The notes beneath the pieces are model-generated. The model did no database searches. It had not been told where the DNA came from and worked only from the letters and a program-made list of their open reading frames with translations. This document shows positions 41,492 to 51,633 of a stretch of 64,000 nucleotides of DNA, one piece after another. The stretch spans positions 672,001 to 736,000 of the forward strand of contig CAWHAE010000016.1 of the NCBI GenBank assembly GCA_963827235.1. Reading direction: 5' to 3'. The translations under genes were made by a program, and so were the position numbers. Position 1 is the first letter of the stretch. Every line of letters begins with the position of its first letter. This stretch comes from an uncultured bacterium. Lineage in GTDB: Bacteria; Chloroflexota; UBA5177; JANWHV01.

Positions 41492-42686
41492 TTGGTGCAG
41501 CTACTCCTTCCACGGCATCGAGCCGATCTTTGGTGGCGCGGTGCACGACTATCCCGCCGTGCGTGATGCAGGTTGAGCGCACGATCTCGTCCTCGAGACT
41601 CACCTCGAGCGCCGCACCGGCATTGCCCTGCTTCAGTCCGTTGGCAAGCAGGTGCTCCAGGTAGGTGCAAACGTTGCGCCCGAATAGCTGGCTGGCATGC
41701 ACCGGCATGGTAGCAGGCATGTTGGCGGGCGCGTCGATGGTGACGCCGTGCGCAACGATGCACTTTCCCAGCTCGGTGAGCGCGCAGTTGCCGCCCGTGC
41801 CGGCCGACAGGTCGATGATCACCGACCCCGGGCGCATGTTCGCCACCATCTCCGCTGTAATCAGGATCGGCGCGCGCGCTCCCGGTATAGCCGCGGTGGT
41901 GATCACCACATCAGCGGCCCGCAACGGCTCCGCCAGGAGATCCTGCTCTTTGCGGTAGGCCGACTCGTCTAGCTGACGGGCGTATCCGCCGGCATCCTGT
42001 GCGTGCTCGACCTCCATAGGAATGGTGAGAAACGTGGCGCCCAGGCTTTCGACCTGCTCGCGCACGACCGGCCGTGTATCGAACGCCTGAACCACGGCTC
42101 CCAGCCGCCGCGCCGTTGCGATGGCCTGCAGGCCGGCTACTCCAGCTCCTAGAATCAACACCTTTGCCGGAGTCACAGTGCCGGCTGCCGTCATAAGCAG
42201 CGGGAAGAACTTCGCCAGATGGGAGGCTCCCAGCAGTGCGGCACGGTAGCCTGCGACCGTGGCCATGGAAGACAGCACGTCCATGCTTTGTGCACGCGTG
42301 ATGCGCGGCATCGATTCCAGGCTAAATGCCGTGACGTCGCGTGCCGCCAGTTGCTTCATGCGCGCCGGTGAGGTCAGCGGCTCGAGCAACGCCACGAGCG
42401 CCGAGCCACCGCGAAGCAAGCTAATCTCGTCCACGCCGTCAGCCGGATTTATGCCCGGCGCGCGAACCTTGAGCACGAGATCAGCCCGCGCGTAGAGGTC
42501 CTTGGCGTCCCGAGCGATGGTAGCGCCAACCTGAGTATACGCTCCGTCGTCGGCGAAGGCTGCCATGCCGGCGCCGGATTCAACGTGCAGTGCGTGGCCC
42601 TTCTTCACGAGGTAGCCAACGCGCTCGGGCAGCAATGCAACCCTGCGCTCGTCGGCCAGTATCTCCTTCGGAATTCCGATCAACAT
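41484..42686 (-). CDS. pntAA: NAD(P) transhydrogenase alpha-1 (NAD-binding) subunit
   Basis: IGIPKE, RITRAQSMDVLSS, GAGVAGLQA, GGYA, GGNC. Confidence 0.95.
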   Translation of the reverse strand: MLIGIPKEILADERRVALLPERVGYLVKKGHALHVESGAGMAAFADDGAYTQVGATIARDAKDLYARADLVLKVRAPGINPADGVDEISLLRGGSALVALLEPLTSPARMKQLAARDVTAFSLESMPRITRAQSMDVLSSMATVAGYRAALLGASHLAKFFPLLMTAAGTVTPAKVLILGAGVAGLQAIATARRLGAVVQAFDTRPVVREQVESLGATFLTIPMEVEHAQDAGGYARQLDESAYRKEQDLLAEPLRAADVVITTAAIPGARAPILITAEMVANMRPGSVIIDLSAGTGGNCALTELGKCIVAHGVTIDAPANMPATMPVHASQLFGRNVCTYLEHLLANGLKQGNAGAALEVSLEDEIVRSTCITHGGIVVHRATKDRLDAVEGVAAPNV

Positions 42687-43148
42687 GCCGCTGCGCCTCC
42701 AAGCAGAACTGAACAGCTACAGTTCGCAGCCGGCCCCGCCAAACTGGACGGGGCCGTGTTCATTTTGCGTGGAAGCAGGCAACAGCGGCAAGTGCAGGGT
42801 GGCAGGGTGCCCGGCGCCATCGGTCATCTGTGGCCCCTCGGAGCCTCACTCTTCCGTGAACGCCTTCAAGGTGTCGCCGCCTGCGAATCCCGCGACCCGC
42901 ACTACAAGCACCCTGCCGTGCCGCGGGCGATCGACGATCGCGATCTGACCGCGCCGAGGCTATCGGAAAGCGCAGACATTGTGGCGCGTCAAATCTGCCT
43001 CCACCGGCCGGCGCCGCGATCAGATGCACTGCGCACGAAAGGGAAGTTCTGCGACGTGACGCGACTTGCCCCCAGCCGACGCGGCTATAGTGGCCAGCCG
43101 CCACCCAGACTGGCAAGGGTGGCGGCTGGCCCAGGCGCCTCGGCTACC

Positions 43149-43616
43149 TCAAGCGTTCGCCTCTCGGGCTCGCCAGGCGCCGATCTGTGCTGCGTGCTCT
43201 GGGTAGTGCCGGTAGGTATTCTCGGCAACAAATTCCAGATTGGCCAGAACGGCATCGTCGTCGAGGCCCGACAGTGCCTGCAGGAGCCTCATCAGCGCGG
43301 CATCAAACGTCGCCGCCACCTGGGTCGCCGGCGTGGTCCGGTGGTCCCGATACACGCTGTCATTGACGCGATCGATCTGCGCCTCGTTGTCCTCGCCTCC
43401 CAACTGGTCGTGTGCGGTCACCGCACCCTGGAGCTTCGCCGCAGTTTCCTGTTCCCACCACGCGACGTGGACCAGAACGTCCTTGACCGACCAATGGCCA
43501 GCCACGCCCGGTACGTCGAGCTGGGCGGCAGTCAATCCGGCAAAACTGGAGCCGAGCACCGCACGCTCCGCTTGAATGCGCTTCACGAGCTGCTCCCTGG
43601 TCGCCGGTTCTTCCAT
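43149..43616 (-). CDS. DinB/ClbS/DfsB-like four-helix bundle protein
   Basis: WSVKDVLVH and HYPEH motifs; RBS AGGAGG. Confidence 0.85.
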   Translation of the reverse strand: MEEPATREQLVKRIQAERAVLGSSFAGLTAAQLDVPGVAGHWSVKDVLVHVAWWEQETAAKLQGAVTAHDQLGGEDNEAQIDRVNDSVYRDHRTTPATQVAATFDAALMRLLQALSGLDDDAVLANLEFVAENTYRHYPEHAAQIGAWRAREANA

Positions 43617-43747
43617 CTTGCTCCTCCTTGAAGCGATCTCGCCATGTTGCCAGACATCGGCTCCGGTCAGCCCTTGGCACGGCTTGACCGGCGCTCGCTG
43701 CTAGTTGCGGCAGGTTAGGACCAGCAACGTCGCCGGCCCAGTTTCTC

Positions 43748-45010
43748 TCATTTCACCTCCCGGATGCGAGTGGAGACTGTCGAGCTCGTGCCGCCGAGCG
43801 GCACGGTGACATGCAGACGGCCGTGACTGTCCGCCGCGATCATAAAAGGGCGGCCCGAGCCGTTCGTGACCGAATACACATGGCCGGCACGGTAGAGTGG
43901 AGCGGTGACCAGCAGGACGGTACCAGTGCCGGCAAGAGTGAACCCTGCCTGCTCTACGCTCGTCAGACCCGTAAAGCCGTCGTCGCCTCCCCTTTGCACG
44001 GCTAGCGTATAGCCCCATACGCTTGCCGCGAGGTCGGCAGTACGATAGCTCCACGGGCTCGGCGGTTTGTATGTCCGGTTGAGCGCCGTCAGCAGCATCG
44101 GCATGGCCTTGTGCAGCTCGCGCTGCCAGTACGGCCAGGTGTGCGTGCCGTTACCGTAGTCGTCGACTACAGCAGGTACGCCGGCGCCGGCCAGCGCTCT
44201 CTTCATGCTCAACAGCGTGGCGTGTACCTGCACCTCAGTCAGGTCGGGCGCGCTAATCGCGCCATTGTCCAGCGGCCCTCGATTGCCGTTCCCCGCGCTG
44301 AGAAAGAGCTGGACCCCCCGCAGATTGGATGCCAGGAGCACGGGATCGTGGGAACGGACGCACCAGAGCGATTGGCTGCATACCTGATTGAAGATCATCG
44401 ACGACGAATCGATCTGGCCATCGGGGCCGGGAGCGCTGAAGTGCTCTGGATCGAGCACCCCGCTGAACGAGGCCGCGGCGACGAAAAGGTCGGGGTGGCG
44501 CGCGGCGTAGGCCAGAGCGCCCATGCCTCCCATGGAAAGACCGGCGATTGCCCGGCCCTCGCGACCGCTAACTGTACGGAAATGACTGTCGACGTAGGGG
44601 ATGAGCTCCTTGATGTGGTAGGTCTCCCAGTTTGGGCCGGCGACCATTGGGTCCATGTACCACCCGGACGCGCCGTCGGGCATGACCACGATAAGCGGCA
44701 GCTTGTGCACGAAGGACACTATGTCGGTCTGCCGCGCCCAATCGGCATAGGACCCGCCATACCCGTGCAGCAGGTACAGCACAGGGTAGCGTTTGGTGCT
44801 GCCGGCATATCCGTCGGGCAGCAACACGTTGACGTGCGTGGTGCTGCCCAAGGCGGGGCTACGTAGCATGAGAGTCCTGAGGTTGCTGCTTGCACCGGCG
44901 TGCGACTGCGGCGCCTGGAATCCGAGCAACGCCATGACGAGGACGAGGGACGAGGCGCAACACGTTCGAAACAGCGAGATCGCTGACGGTCGGGTAATCA
45001 CGCTTGCCAT
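43748..45010 (-). CDS. Secreted alpha/beta-hydrolase (Ag85/CE1-like esterase) with C-terminal beta domain
   Basis: Signal peptide, YPVLYLLHG, AIAGLSMGG nucleophile elbow, GTHTWPYW. Confidence 0.88.
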   Translation of the reverse strand: MASVITRPSAISLFRTCCASSLVLVMALLGFQAPQSHAGASSNLRTLMLRSPALGSTTHVNVLLPDGYAGSTKRYPVLYLLHGYGGSYADWARQTDIVSFVHKLPLIVVMPDGASGWYMDPMVAGPNWETYHIKELIPYVDSHFRTVSGREGRAIAGLSMGGMGALAYAARHPDLFVAAASFSGVLDPEHFSAPGPDGQIDSSSMIFNQVCSQSLWCVRSHDPVLLASNLRGVQLFLSAGNGNRGPLDNGAISAPDLTEVQVHATLLSMKRALAGAGVPAVVDDYGNGTHTWPYWQRELHKAMPMLLTALNRTYKPPSPWSYRTADLAASVWGYTLAVQRGGDDGFTGLTSVEQAGFTLAGTGTVLLVTAPLYRAGHVYSVTNGSGRPFMIAADSHGRLHVTVPLGGTSSTVSTRIREVK

Positions 45011-45192
45011 CCTTTCGACGGGTACGCGACGATGAATAGCTTCGCTGACAGCCTATCCCGATACTAACGGGCCACGGACGTACGCCGCGGACCGTGCACG
45101 CCACGGCCGTCTGCCACGGCCGGTTCGAGCCATGCAGGCGAGCTACCGTGCGGAAGCCGTTCGACGATACTGGATAGGGACCGGTCGACCGT

Positions 45193-45221
45193 AGTATAGA
45201 GTCATCTAATCGATTTGTCAA
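45193..45221 (-). promoter_or_regulatory. Near-consensus sigma70 promoter facing the esterase gene
   Basis: Minus strand TTGACA (45221-45216), 17 bp, TATACT (45198-45193). Confidence 0.85.
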
Positions 45222-45235
45222 ATCGATTAGATGAC
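45201..45235. promoter_or_regulatory. Perfect 35-bp palindrome (operator), two AATCGATT cores
   Basis: GTCATCTAATCGATTTG-T-CAAATCGATTAGATGAC. Confidence 0.85.
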
Positions 45236-45465
45236 CTGTGATCGCTGTGGACGCCAACTGGTGGACTGCCGAGTGACTGCCACTGCGTTCAGCGATCGCG
45301 GCACGGCCCGAGCAGGCTGTCGGCCAAGCTCCAGATCCTTCTACCGTCACTCGTGGCATACCGACTGCCACCGGTTGGTCGGCCAAAGCATATCGGAGAG
45401 TGAAGCCGTACTGCTGAGTCAACACTCGACCATGCTGTTCAGCATTTGACAGAGGGTATACACTC

Positions 45466-45479
45466 TGACTGCAGAGTCA
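45466..45479. promoter_or_regulatory. Probable TetR autoregulatory operator
   Basis: TGACT-GCAG-AGTCA; related copies at 45408-45421 and 45263-45276. Confidence 0.6.
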
Positions 45480-45517
45480 TCAAGCTGAGACCGTGATGAG
45501 GATCAGGTGAAATAGCA

Positions 45518-46159
45518 TTGAGTCACGAAATCACGCAGGCTCCGAGCACGGCACGACCCTCGCTCCGTATACGCCAGCGCGCCGAGCGAGAGCAGCTAAT
45601 CCTTCAGGAGGCAGAGAGTCTGCTTGCCGAGCAGGGATACGACGGGCTGACCATGGACCTCCTGGCCGACCGGGTCGGCATCAGCAAGGGCACCATCTAT
45701 CAGCATTTCAGCACAAAAGAGGACCTTTTCGGCGCCATCGTGCTGCGCGGACTGGAGTGCGTCGACGACCACCTCGCGCTGCTGCTCGCCGAACACGAGC
45801 AGCCGGTGATCGCGCGACTGGCAGCCCTTCTCACGTCGTTGATCGAACACCATCCTACCTGGTTGTCCGCCGTCAATGGGCAGCAGAAGCATGAAATCGC
45901 GGGCACCCTCGCGAGGCATCCCGGCCTGCGCGAAGCTTTCCAGCGGTATCTGGCCAAGCTCAGCGCCCTGATCGAGGAAGGACAGAAGCGAGGGGAACTC
46001 GATGCCGCCATCCCCGCGGCCGTCGCCGCGCGGTTCCTGCTCGCATTGACCAAGTGCCGCACGGGTACCGACCTTCCCGCCGGAGTGAGCACGGAGGATT
46101 TCGCGACTCTGGCCATCCGCTTCTATTTTCGCGGCATGTCCGCCCCACCCGCACAGTAG
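45518..46159 (+). CDS. TetR/AcrR family regulator
   Basis: GYDGLTMDLLADRVGISKGTIYQHFSTKEDL. Confidence 0.93.
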   Translation: MSHEITQAPSTARPSLRIRQRAEREQLILQEAESLLAEQGYDGLTMDLLADRVGISKGTIYQHFSTKEDLFGAIVLRGLECVDDHLALLLAEHEQPVIARLAALLTSLIEHHPTWLSAVNGQQKHEIAGTLARHPGLREAFQRYLAKLSALIEEGQKRGELDAAIPAAVAARFLLALTKCRTGTDLPAGVSTEDFATLAIRFYFRGMSAPPAQ

Positions 46160-46226
46160 TCAAGGGGCGACGCGGCCGCAACCGTCAGGTCATTCGTGAT
46201 GAACAGCACAGCAGAAAAGGGAGACC

Positions 46227-48536
46227 ATGGAGGGGTTCTACACTGCACTGGCGCGCCTTGTCGTTCGGTTCAAATATCCGGTGGCCATTCTCTGGATTCT
46301 GGTCACAGTGGTCAGCGTCCGCGCCTTTCCTTCGCTGTCCAGCGTAACCAAGGACCAGAACAGCGGCTTCCTTCCCAGTACCACGCCAAGCATTCAAGCA
46401 CAAAATCTGGCGAACGCCTTCCAGAACAGCACCTACGCCTCCCTGACTATTGTCGCCGTACGCGCCGACCACATGCTCACCGCCGCCGACCAGTCCGCGA
46501 TCGACCACCTAAGTCAGCAGGTGCGCACCGTGCATACCGTCGTACAGGTGCGTGACGAAGGCACGTCACGCGACGGAGAAGCTCGGCAGGTCCTGGTGCT
46601 GGCCAACGTAGCCGCTCAGAACGGATCTGGTGCATCCAAGACGCTGGTCAATGCGATCCGTGACCGCATCAATGCCGCCGCCACGCCACCGGGGCTGGTA
46701 GCGCACTTGACAGGCGAGCTGCCCATATTGGTCGATACCCAGAGCAGCAGCTCGAAGTCCCAGAACAACACGCAAGGCCTGTCCGTGCTCTTTATCCTCG
46801 TGCTGCTCCTGTTCGCCTTCCGCGCTCTGCTGGCCCCGCTGGTCACCCTGCTGCCCGCCGCGCTGGTTCTCGCGCTCTCCAGCCCGGTCATTGCCGCATT
46901 CACCAGGATCGGGGTGCAGGCATCCAGCATCACGCAGATCATTCTCATCGTGCTGGTGCTGGGCGCCGGAACTGATTACGGGTTGTTCCTGGTGTTCAGG
47001 GTGCGCGAGGAGCTGCGCCGTGGGCTTGAGCCTCACGAGGCGGTCATACGCTCCTTGACCAACGTAGGAGAGACGATTAGCTTCTCCGCTTTTACGGTGA
47101 TCGCCGCCATGCTCAGCCTGCTGGCCGCTCAGTTCGGTCTTTATTCCGGTCTCGGTCCGGCGCTGGCGATCGGTATCGCCTTGATGCTGTTGGCAGGGCT
47201 CACGTTCTTGCCTGCGCTGCTGGCGATCTTGGGTCGCGCAGTCTTCTGGCCCTCGCGCACGCGCCAGACGAGCCGGAGCCAGGTGGGACTCTGGGGCCAG
47301 GCGAGCGGCCGCATCCTCAACCACCCGGTCAAGACACTGGTGATAGGCGTCGCGTTCTTCGCGGCACTTGCGCTGGGTCAGATCGGCACAGGCAGTACCG
47401 GATTCGGAGACATCAGCTCCGGCCCGAGCGGCACGGATTCAGCGGCCGGTCAGGCCGCGATCGCCGCTCACTACCCGGGGAGCACCTCGTTCCCCACCGC
47501 CGTATTGCTTCGCTTCCGGCAGCCAATCTGGACCAATACGGGAGTGCTGGACACGGTGCAGCAACAGCTGAAATCGAGCCCATGGTTCTCCGCTGTGATT
47601 GGTCCTACCAACCCCAACGACATCCCGCTCAGCAGTGCCGAGCTGAGCCGTCTCCACCGGCAGCTCGGTTCTGCCCAGGCACTCACACGCACGGGCGCGC
47701 TGCCGAGCGGCGCCACGCAGCTGGAGTACAACGCCTACCGAGCGACGGCGCAATACATTAGCAGCGACGGCCGCACCGTCCAATGGGCGACCACACTGCG
47801 CTACAACAACGGCGGCAGCAGTCACGACATCGCTCAGCTCCCGGCGGCCCGTGATGCCGTGACCGCGTTGGGCCGCAACGTCGGAGCGACGGCGAGCGGA
47901 TTGTATGGGCTCATGCCGTTTGCCTACGACGTCAGTCACATCGCCACGACCGACCTGTGGCGCATCCTGCCCCTTGTCGCGGTGGTGATCCTCCTACTTC
48001 TAGGGCTGGTCCTGCGCAGCATGACGGCTCCGCTGTACTTGGTAGCCAGTGTCCTTCTCTCCTACCTGGCGGCCCTGGGTCTCACGGCGCTCGTGTTCGT
48101 GCACTCGGGTGTCGATTCCGGGATCAACTTCGTGCTGCCCTTCCTCATGTTCGTGTTCCTGACCGGATTGGGATCCGACTACAACATCCTTGTCATGACC
48201 CGCATCCGCGAAGAGGCTCGCAAGATGCCGCTGAAACGGGCAGTGCAGTTCGCGGTCGGTATCAGCGGCGGCACGATCACCACAGCAGGCATCATCCTTG
48301 CAGGCACTTTTGCGGTGCTGGCCGTGGCAGCAGGCAGCAGCACGGGAGCGGATCAGGTGAAGCAGATTGGCTATGGCATAGCTGCCGGCGTGATCATGGA
48401 CACCTTCCTGATCCGCACGCTGCTCATCCCTTCGCTGGTTATCATCCTCGGGCGGTGGAACTGGTGGCCGTCGGCGCTGGCACGCCGCAAGGACGAGGAC
48501 GCGTCCGAGTCCTTGGCAGAAGGCCAAATAGCCTGA
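46227..48536 (+). CDS. MMPL family (RND) transporter
   Basis: GAGTDYGLFL and GLGSDYNIL motifs, two TM/loop halves, WNWWP tail. Confidence 0.92.
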   Translation: MEGFYTALARLVVRFKYPVAILWILVTVVSVRAFPSLSSVTKDQNSGFLPSTTPSIQAQNLANAFQNSTYASLTIVAVRADHMLTAADQSAIDHLSQQVRTVHTVVQVRDEGTSRDGEARQVLVLANVAAQNGSGASKTLVNAIRDRINAAATPPGLVAHLTGELPILVDTQSSSSKSQNNTQGLSVLFILVLLLFAFRALLAPLVTLLPAALVLALSSPVIAAFTRIGVQASSITQIILIVLVLGAGTDYGLFLVFRVREELRRGLEPHEAVIRSLTNVGETISFSAFTVIAAMLSLLAAQFGLYSGLGPALAIGIALMLLAGLTFLPALLAILGRAVFWPSRTRQTSRSQVGLWGQASGRILNHPVKTLVIGVAFFAALALGQIGTGSTGFGDISSGPSGTDSAAGQAAIAAHYPGSTSFPTAVLLRFRQPIWTNTGVLDTVQQQLKSSPWFSAVIGPTNPNDIPLSSAELSRLHRQLGSAQALTRTGALPSGATQLEYNAYRATAQYISSDGRTVQWATTLRYNNGGSSHDIAQLPAARDAVTALGRNVGATASGLYGLMPFAYDVSHIATTDLWRILPLVAVVILLLLGLVLRSMTAPLYLVASVLLSYLAALGLTALVFVHSGVDSGINFVLPFLMFVFLTGLGSDYNILVMTRIREEARKMPLKRAVQFAVGISGGTITTAGIILAGTFAVLAVAAGSSTGADQVKQIGYGIAAGVIMDTFLIRTLLIPSLVIILGRWNWWPSALARRKDEDASESLAEGQIA

Positions 48537-48603
48537 GGCGCGGCGCCGCGGGTCGGGCTTTGCCGGCCCTGCTTGTTGAGAGTGAGGCCTGAAGAGAAAT
48601 GAA

Positions 48604-50646
48604 ATGAGTCGCTCGGCGCAGCAGCTTTCCGACGACATCCTTCCGATCGACAACGCGGCCTGGGACATCGATCGGCAGATGGCCCTTGAGAGCAGCGACG
48701 GTGCCACGATGTACGCGCTGATGACCTCACCTGCCAGCGAGATGGCGACCTACGTCACCGGCTTGCACACCGCGATCGCCGCGCGCCAGGCCGACTGTGC
48801 CACGCTCGAGCGGTTCTACGCCGCCTTCCCCACCCTTTCTTCACTGGTCGAAAGCGGCGTCAAGCCGCCGGCGGCCCGCATCGACACTATGTACTCGCGC
48901 ATCCTCGACGACATCCAGACGCATCATCTGAAAGCCATTACCGCCGACACCAGCACCTTTGGCAACGACAAGGCGCGCTATGACAAGTCACTGAAAGCCC
49001 TTACCGACCAGGTTGGCGTGCTCGCCGCCAAGGTGCGCAAGGACAGCGACAGCGCAGCATCCAACGCACGCACCAGCATTGTCAGCGCACTGGTAGCGGC
49101 ACTTGTTCTCGCCATCGGTCTAGCGCTCCTGCTGCGCCGGGCCATTGCACGACCGCTGTTCAGGCTCGCCGGCGCCGCGGACCGCCTCGCCCTGGGCGAC
49201 ACGGAAGTTGAGGCAATGCTGCCGGGCGTCAACAGATCGGAAGCGGGGCATCTGAGCGGTGCCTTTCGCTCCATGGTGGCCTATCAGCAAGGTATGGCGC
49301 AGGTAGCGCAGAGCATCGCGGCGGGCGATCTCACCGTCCAGGTACACGCGATGGTTGAGTCAGATACACTCGGCCACTCGCTGGCGACCATGGTACAGAA
49401 CCTGCGCAGCCAGATAGGTCAGGTTGCCGCTACGGCGACGCAGGTGAGGAGACGAGCCGAGGCCCTCGCGACGACGAGCAGTCAGTTTGGCGATGCCAGC
49501 GCGCAGATTGCGCAGGCAATCGACGAGGTAGCGCGGGGCGCAGGGGATCAGTGCCGCAACGCTGGCACTGCGCTTCAGCAGATGACCGACCTGAGCAGCG
49601 TGGTGACGAGAGTGGCAGATGAAGCGCGCGCGCAGAGCCGCGCCGCGACGCAGGCCGCTCAGGCAGTCGACGAGCTTGCCTCCGCCCTGGATGCCACGAC
49701 GGACCGCGTGCAGTCGGTAACTGCGGCCGCCAGCCACGCGGTAGTCACGGCGGCGGATGGCGGTACCGCCGTACAGAGCACCATCGCCAGCATCGGCGCC
49801 GTCCGCGAGGCAGTGCTGGCAAGCGCGGAACAGGTCACTTCGCTCGGCCGCCACAGTACGGAAGTGGGCGCCATCGTGGAGGCCATCGACGACATCGCAG
49901 CGCAGACCAACCTGCTGGCCCTCAACGCGGCCATCGAGGCAGCGCGGGCGGGAGAGCACGGCAAAGGCTTCACAGTGGTGGCGGCGGAGGTGCGGAAGCT
50001 GGCCGAGCGCACGACGAACGAGACCAAGGAGATCGCCGCGCGCATCGCCGCCATCCAACGGCAGACGGCGGAGGTGGTAGCAGCCATGCAGGCGGGCAGC
50101 GGCAAGGTGGAGGAAAGCGCCGCCCTGGGCGCCCAGGCGCAGTCTGCCTTGGCAAGCATTCTGCGCGTGATCGGCGAGACCACCTCCGAAACAGCGGCCA
50201 TCCAGCAGGCCGTGGAGCGGATGTCGGCCAGCGTACAGTCGGTGCGCGAGGCAACCGGCACTATCGCCGTCATGGCTGCTCACACGACCGAGGCAGCCGA
50301 AGCCATGCTCTCAGGCACCGAGCAAGCGCGCGGCGCCATCGAGGGTATCACCGCCCTGAGCGAGGAGAGCGCGGCAAGCGCTGAGGAAGTCAACGCAGCG
50401 GCGCAAGAACAGTCTTCGGGCGTGCAGGACATGGCCACAGGCAGCCAGGAGCTTGTCGCCCAAGCGGCAGAACTGCAGAACGTGGTGAGTCGCTTCACGC
50501 TCGGCCAGGCGAGCACCGCGCCGGACGACACGTCGCAGACTCTGCCTGCCGCTGGCGTCACGCCTCGCCGGCGCTCAAGCGACTGGGCGCGAGGGCTGAG
50601 CGGCAAACCATCGGACCCGCCGGCTCATCGCCCCGCTTCCCGCTGA
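48604..50646 (+). CDS. Methyl-accepting chemotaxis protein, apparently lacking first TM helix
   Basis: One TM, two HAMP-like segments, [26 protein letters not shown] signalling tip. Confidence 0.88.
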   Translation: MSRSAQQLSDDILPIDNAAWDIDRQMALESSDGATMYALMTSPASEMATYVTGLHTAIAARQADCATLERFYAAFPTLSSLVESGVKPPAARIDTMYSRILDDIQTHHLKAITADTSTFGNDKARYDKSLKALTDQVGVLAAKVRKDSDSAASNARTSIVSALVAALVLAIGLALLLRRAIARPLFRLAGAADRLALGDTEVEAMLPGVNRSEAGHLSGAFRSMVAYQQGMAQVAQSIAAGDLTVQVHAMVESDTLGHSLATMVQNLRSQIGQVAATATQVRRRAEALATTSSQFGDASAQIAQAIDEVARGAGDQCRNAGTALQQMTDLSSVVTRVADEARAQSRAATQAAQAVDELASALDATTDRVQSVTAAASHAVVTAADGGTAVQSTIASIGAVREAVLASAEQVTSLGRHSTEVGAIVEAIDDIAAQTNLLALNAAIEAARAGEHGKGFTVVAAEVRKLAERTTNETKEIAARIAAIQRQTAEVVAAMQAGSGKVEESAALGAQAQSALASILRVIGETTSETAAIQQAVERMSASVQSVREATGTIAVMAAHTTEAAEAMLSGTEQARGAIEGITALSEESAASAEEVNAAAQEQSSGVQDMATGSQELVAQAAELQNVVSRFTLGQASTAPDDTSQTLPAAGVTPRRRSSDWARGLSGKPSDPPAHRPASR

Positions 50647-50669
50647 CCGGTCTCGGACCGGGCGGCACA

Positions 50670-50706
50670 GGCCGGTCGGCCGTATCCCTTACACGGCCGA
50701 CCGGCC
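50670..50706. terminator. 14-bp hairpin between convergent genes
   Basis: GGCCGGTCGGCCGT-N9-ACGGCCGACCGGCC. Confidence 0.65.
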
Positions 50707-50823
50707 AGCCTTTGAGATCCTATCTTCGGAGGGCAGACCGCGACTGGCCGCCGAAGCCAGCTCACGTGACCGGCTCGACCGCCACCCTCGACAGTTGCCC
50801 GGCGCTACGCGCGGACCGCACCA

Positions 50824-51423
50824 TCACCCCACCGCGGAAGCCGGCACGTCACCGGGAATCGGCTCCGCCTGTGCCATGTCCGACCTGCCCAGACGGCTGA
50901 GCAGTTCGTACATGATCTCGCCCATGCGCTCCGGCGTGTAAGGCATGTCGTGCATCAGCCACCAATCGACGATTGACAGCGCCGCCGAGATGGTGAAGTG
51001 TGCCGAGATCTCCGGCGGCACCGTGCCGCTCCCCGGCAGGTCCTGCTTGGCCAGGACGATGCCCAGCCCCACCTCCAGTACGCGCTGTCGCACGGCGGGC
51101 GCCCGCAGCAAGACCCGCATTATCTCACTCTGCTGGCGCACATAGTGGAAGATCAAGCTGGAGTCCACCGCATCGGGCAAATAGGCTGAGCGAATCAGCT
51201 CAGCCGGCAGCTCGTCCACCACGACGTCCAGCACGTCGGCAAGCAAGGCGTCCTTGTCCGCGTAGTGCCGGAAGAAGGTGGCGTAGCCTACGTCAGCACG
51301 CTCCGTAATCTCCCGGATGCTGATCACGTCGTACCCCTTCTCCAGGGTCAGGGCAATCAGAGCCTTTGCCAGCAGCGTCTGCGTGCGCCGGATGCGCCGG
51401 TCTTGGTGCTCAATCTCTGCCAC
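50824..51423 (-). CDS. TetR/AcrR family regulator
   Basis: DRRIRRT, ISIREITERADVGYATFFRHYADKDALL. Confidence 0.92.
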   Translation of the reverse strand: MAEIEHQDRRIRRTQTLLAKALIALTLEKGYDVISIREITERADVGYATFFRHYADKDALLADVLDVVVDELPAELIRSAYLPDAVDSSLIFHYVRQQSEIMRVLLRAPAVRQRVLEVGLGIVLAKQDLPGSGTVPPEISAHFTISAALSIVDWWLMHDMPYTPERMGEIMYELLSRLGRSDMAQAEPIPGDVPASAVG

Positions 51424-51491
51424 CTTCAGGCCACCTTCAGTCGTTCTCCTCGTCTCTCCATTTTAGTATGCATCGCCGCGCTCCAATATAG

Positions 51492-51508
51492 CCAATATGA
51501 TATATTGG
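51492..51508. promoter_or_regulatory. Probable TetR operator in divergent promoter region
   Basis: CCAATAT-GAT-ATATTGG in an AT-rich intergenic region. Confidence 0.55.
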
Positions 51509-51633
51509 GGTTCATAGTGGTCTATGTGTACTTTAGTACTAGCGTGATATCACAGCATCGTCGCGGCGGACCGCGCCGCGAGCCCTGGCACAGAGCATGT
51601 TAGGTCGAATGCGACTAGGTAAGGAACAGCGTT

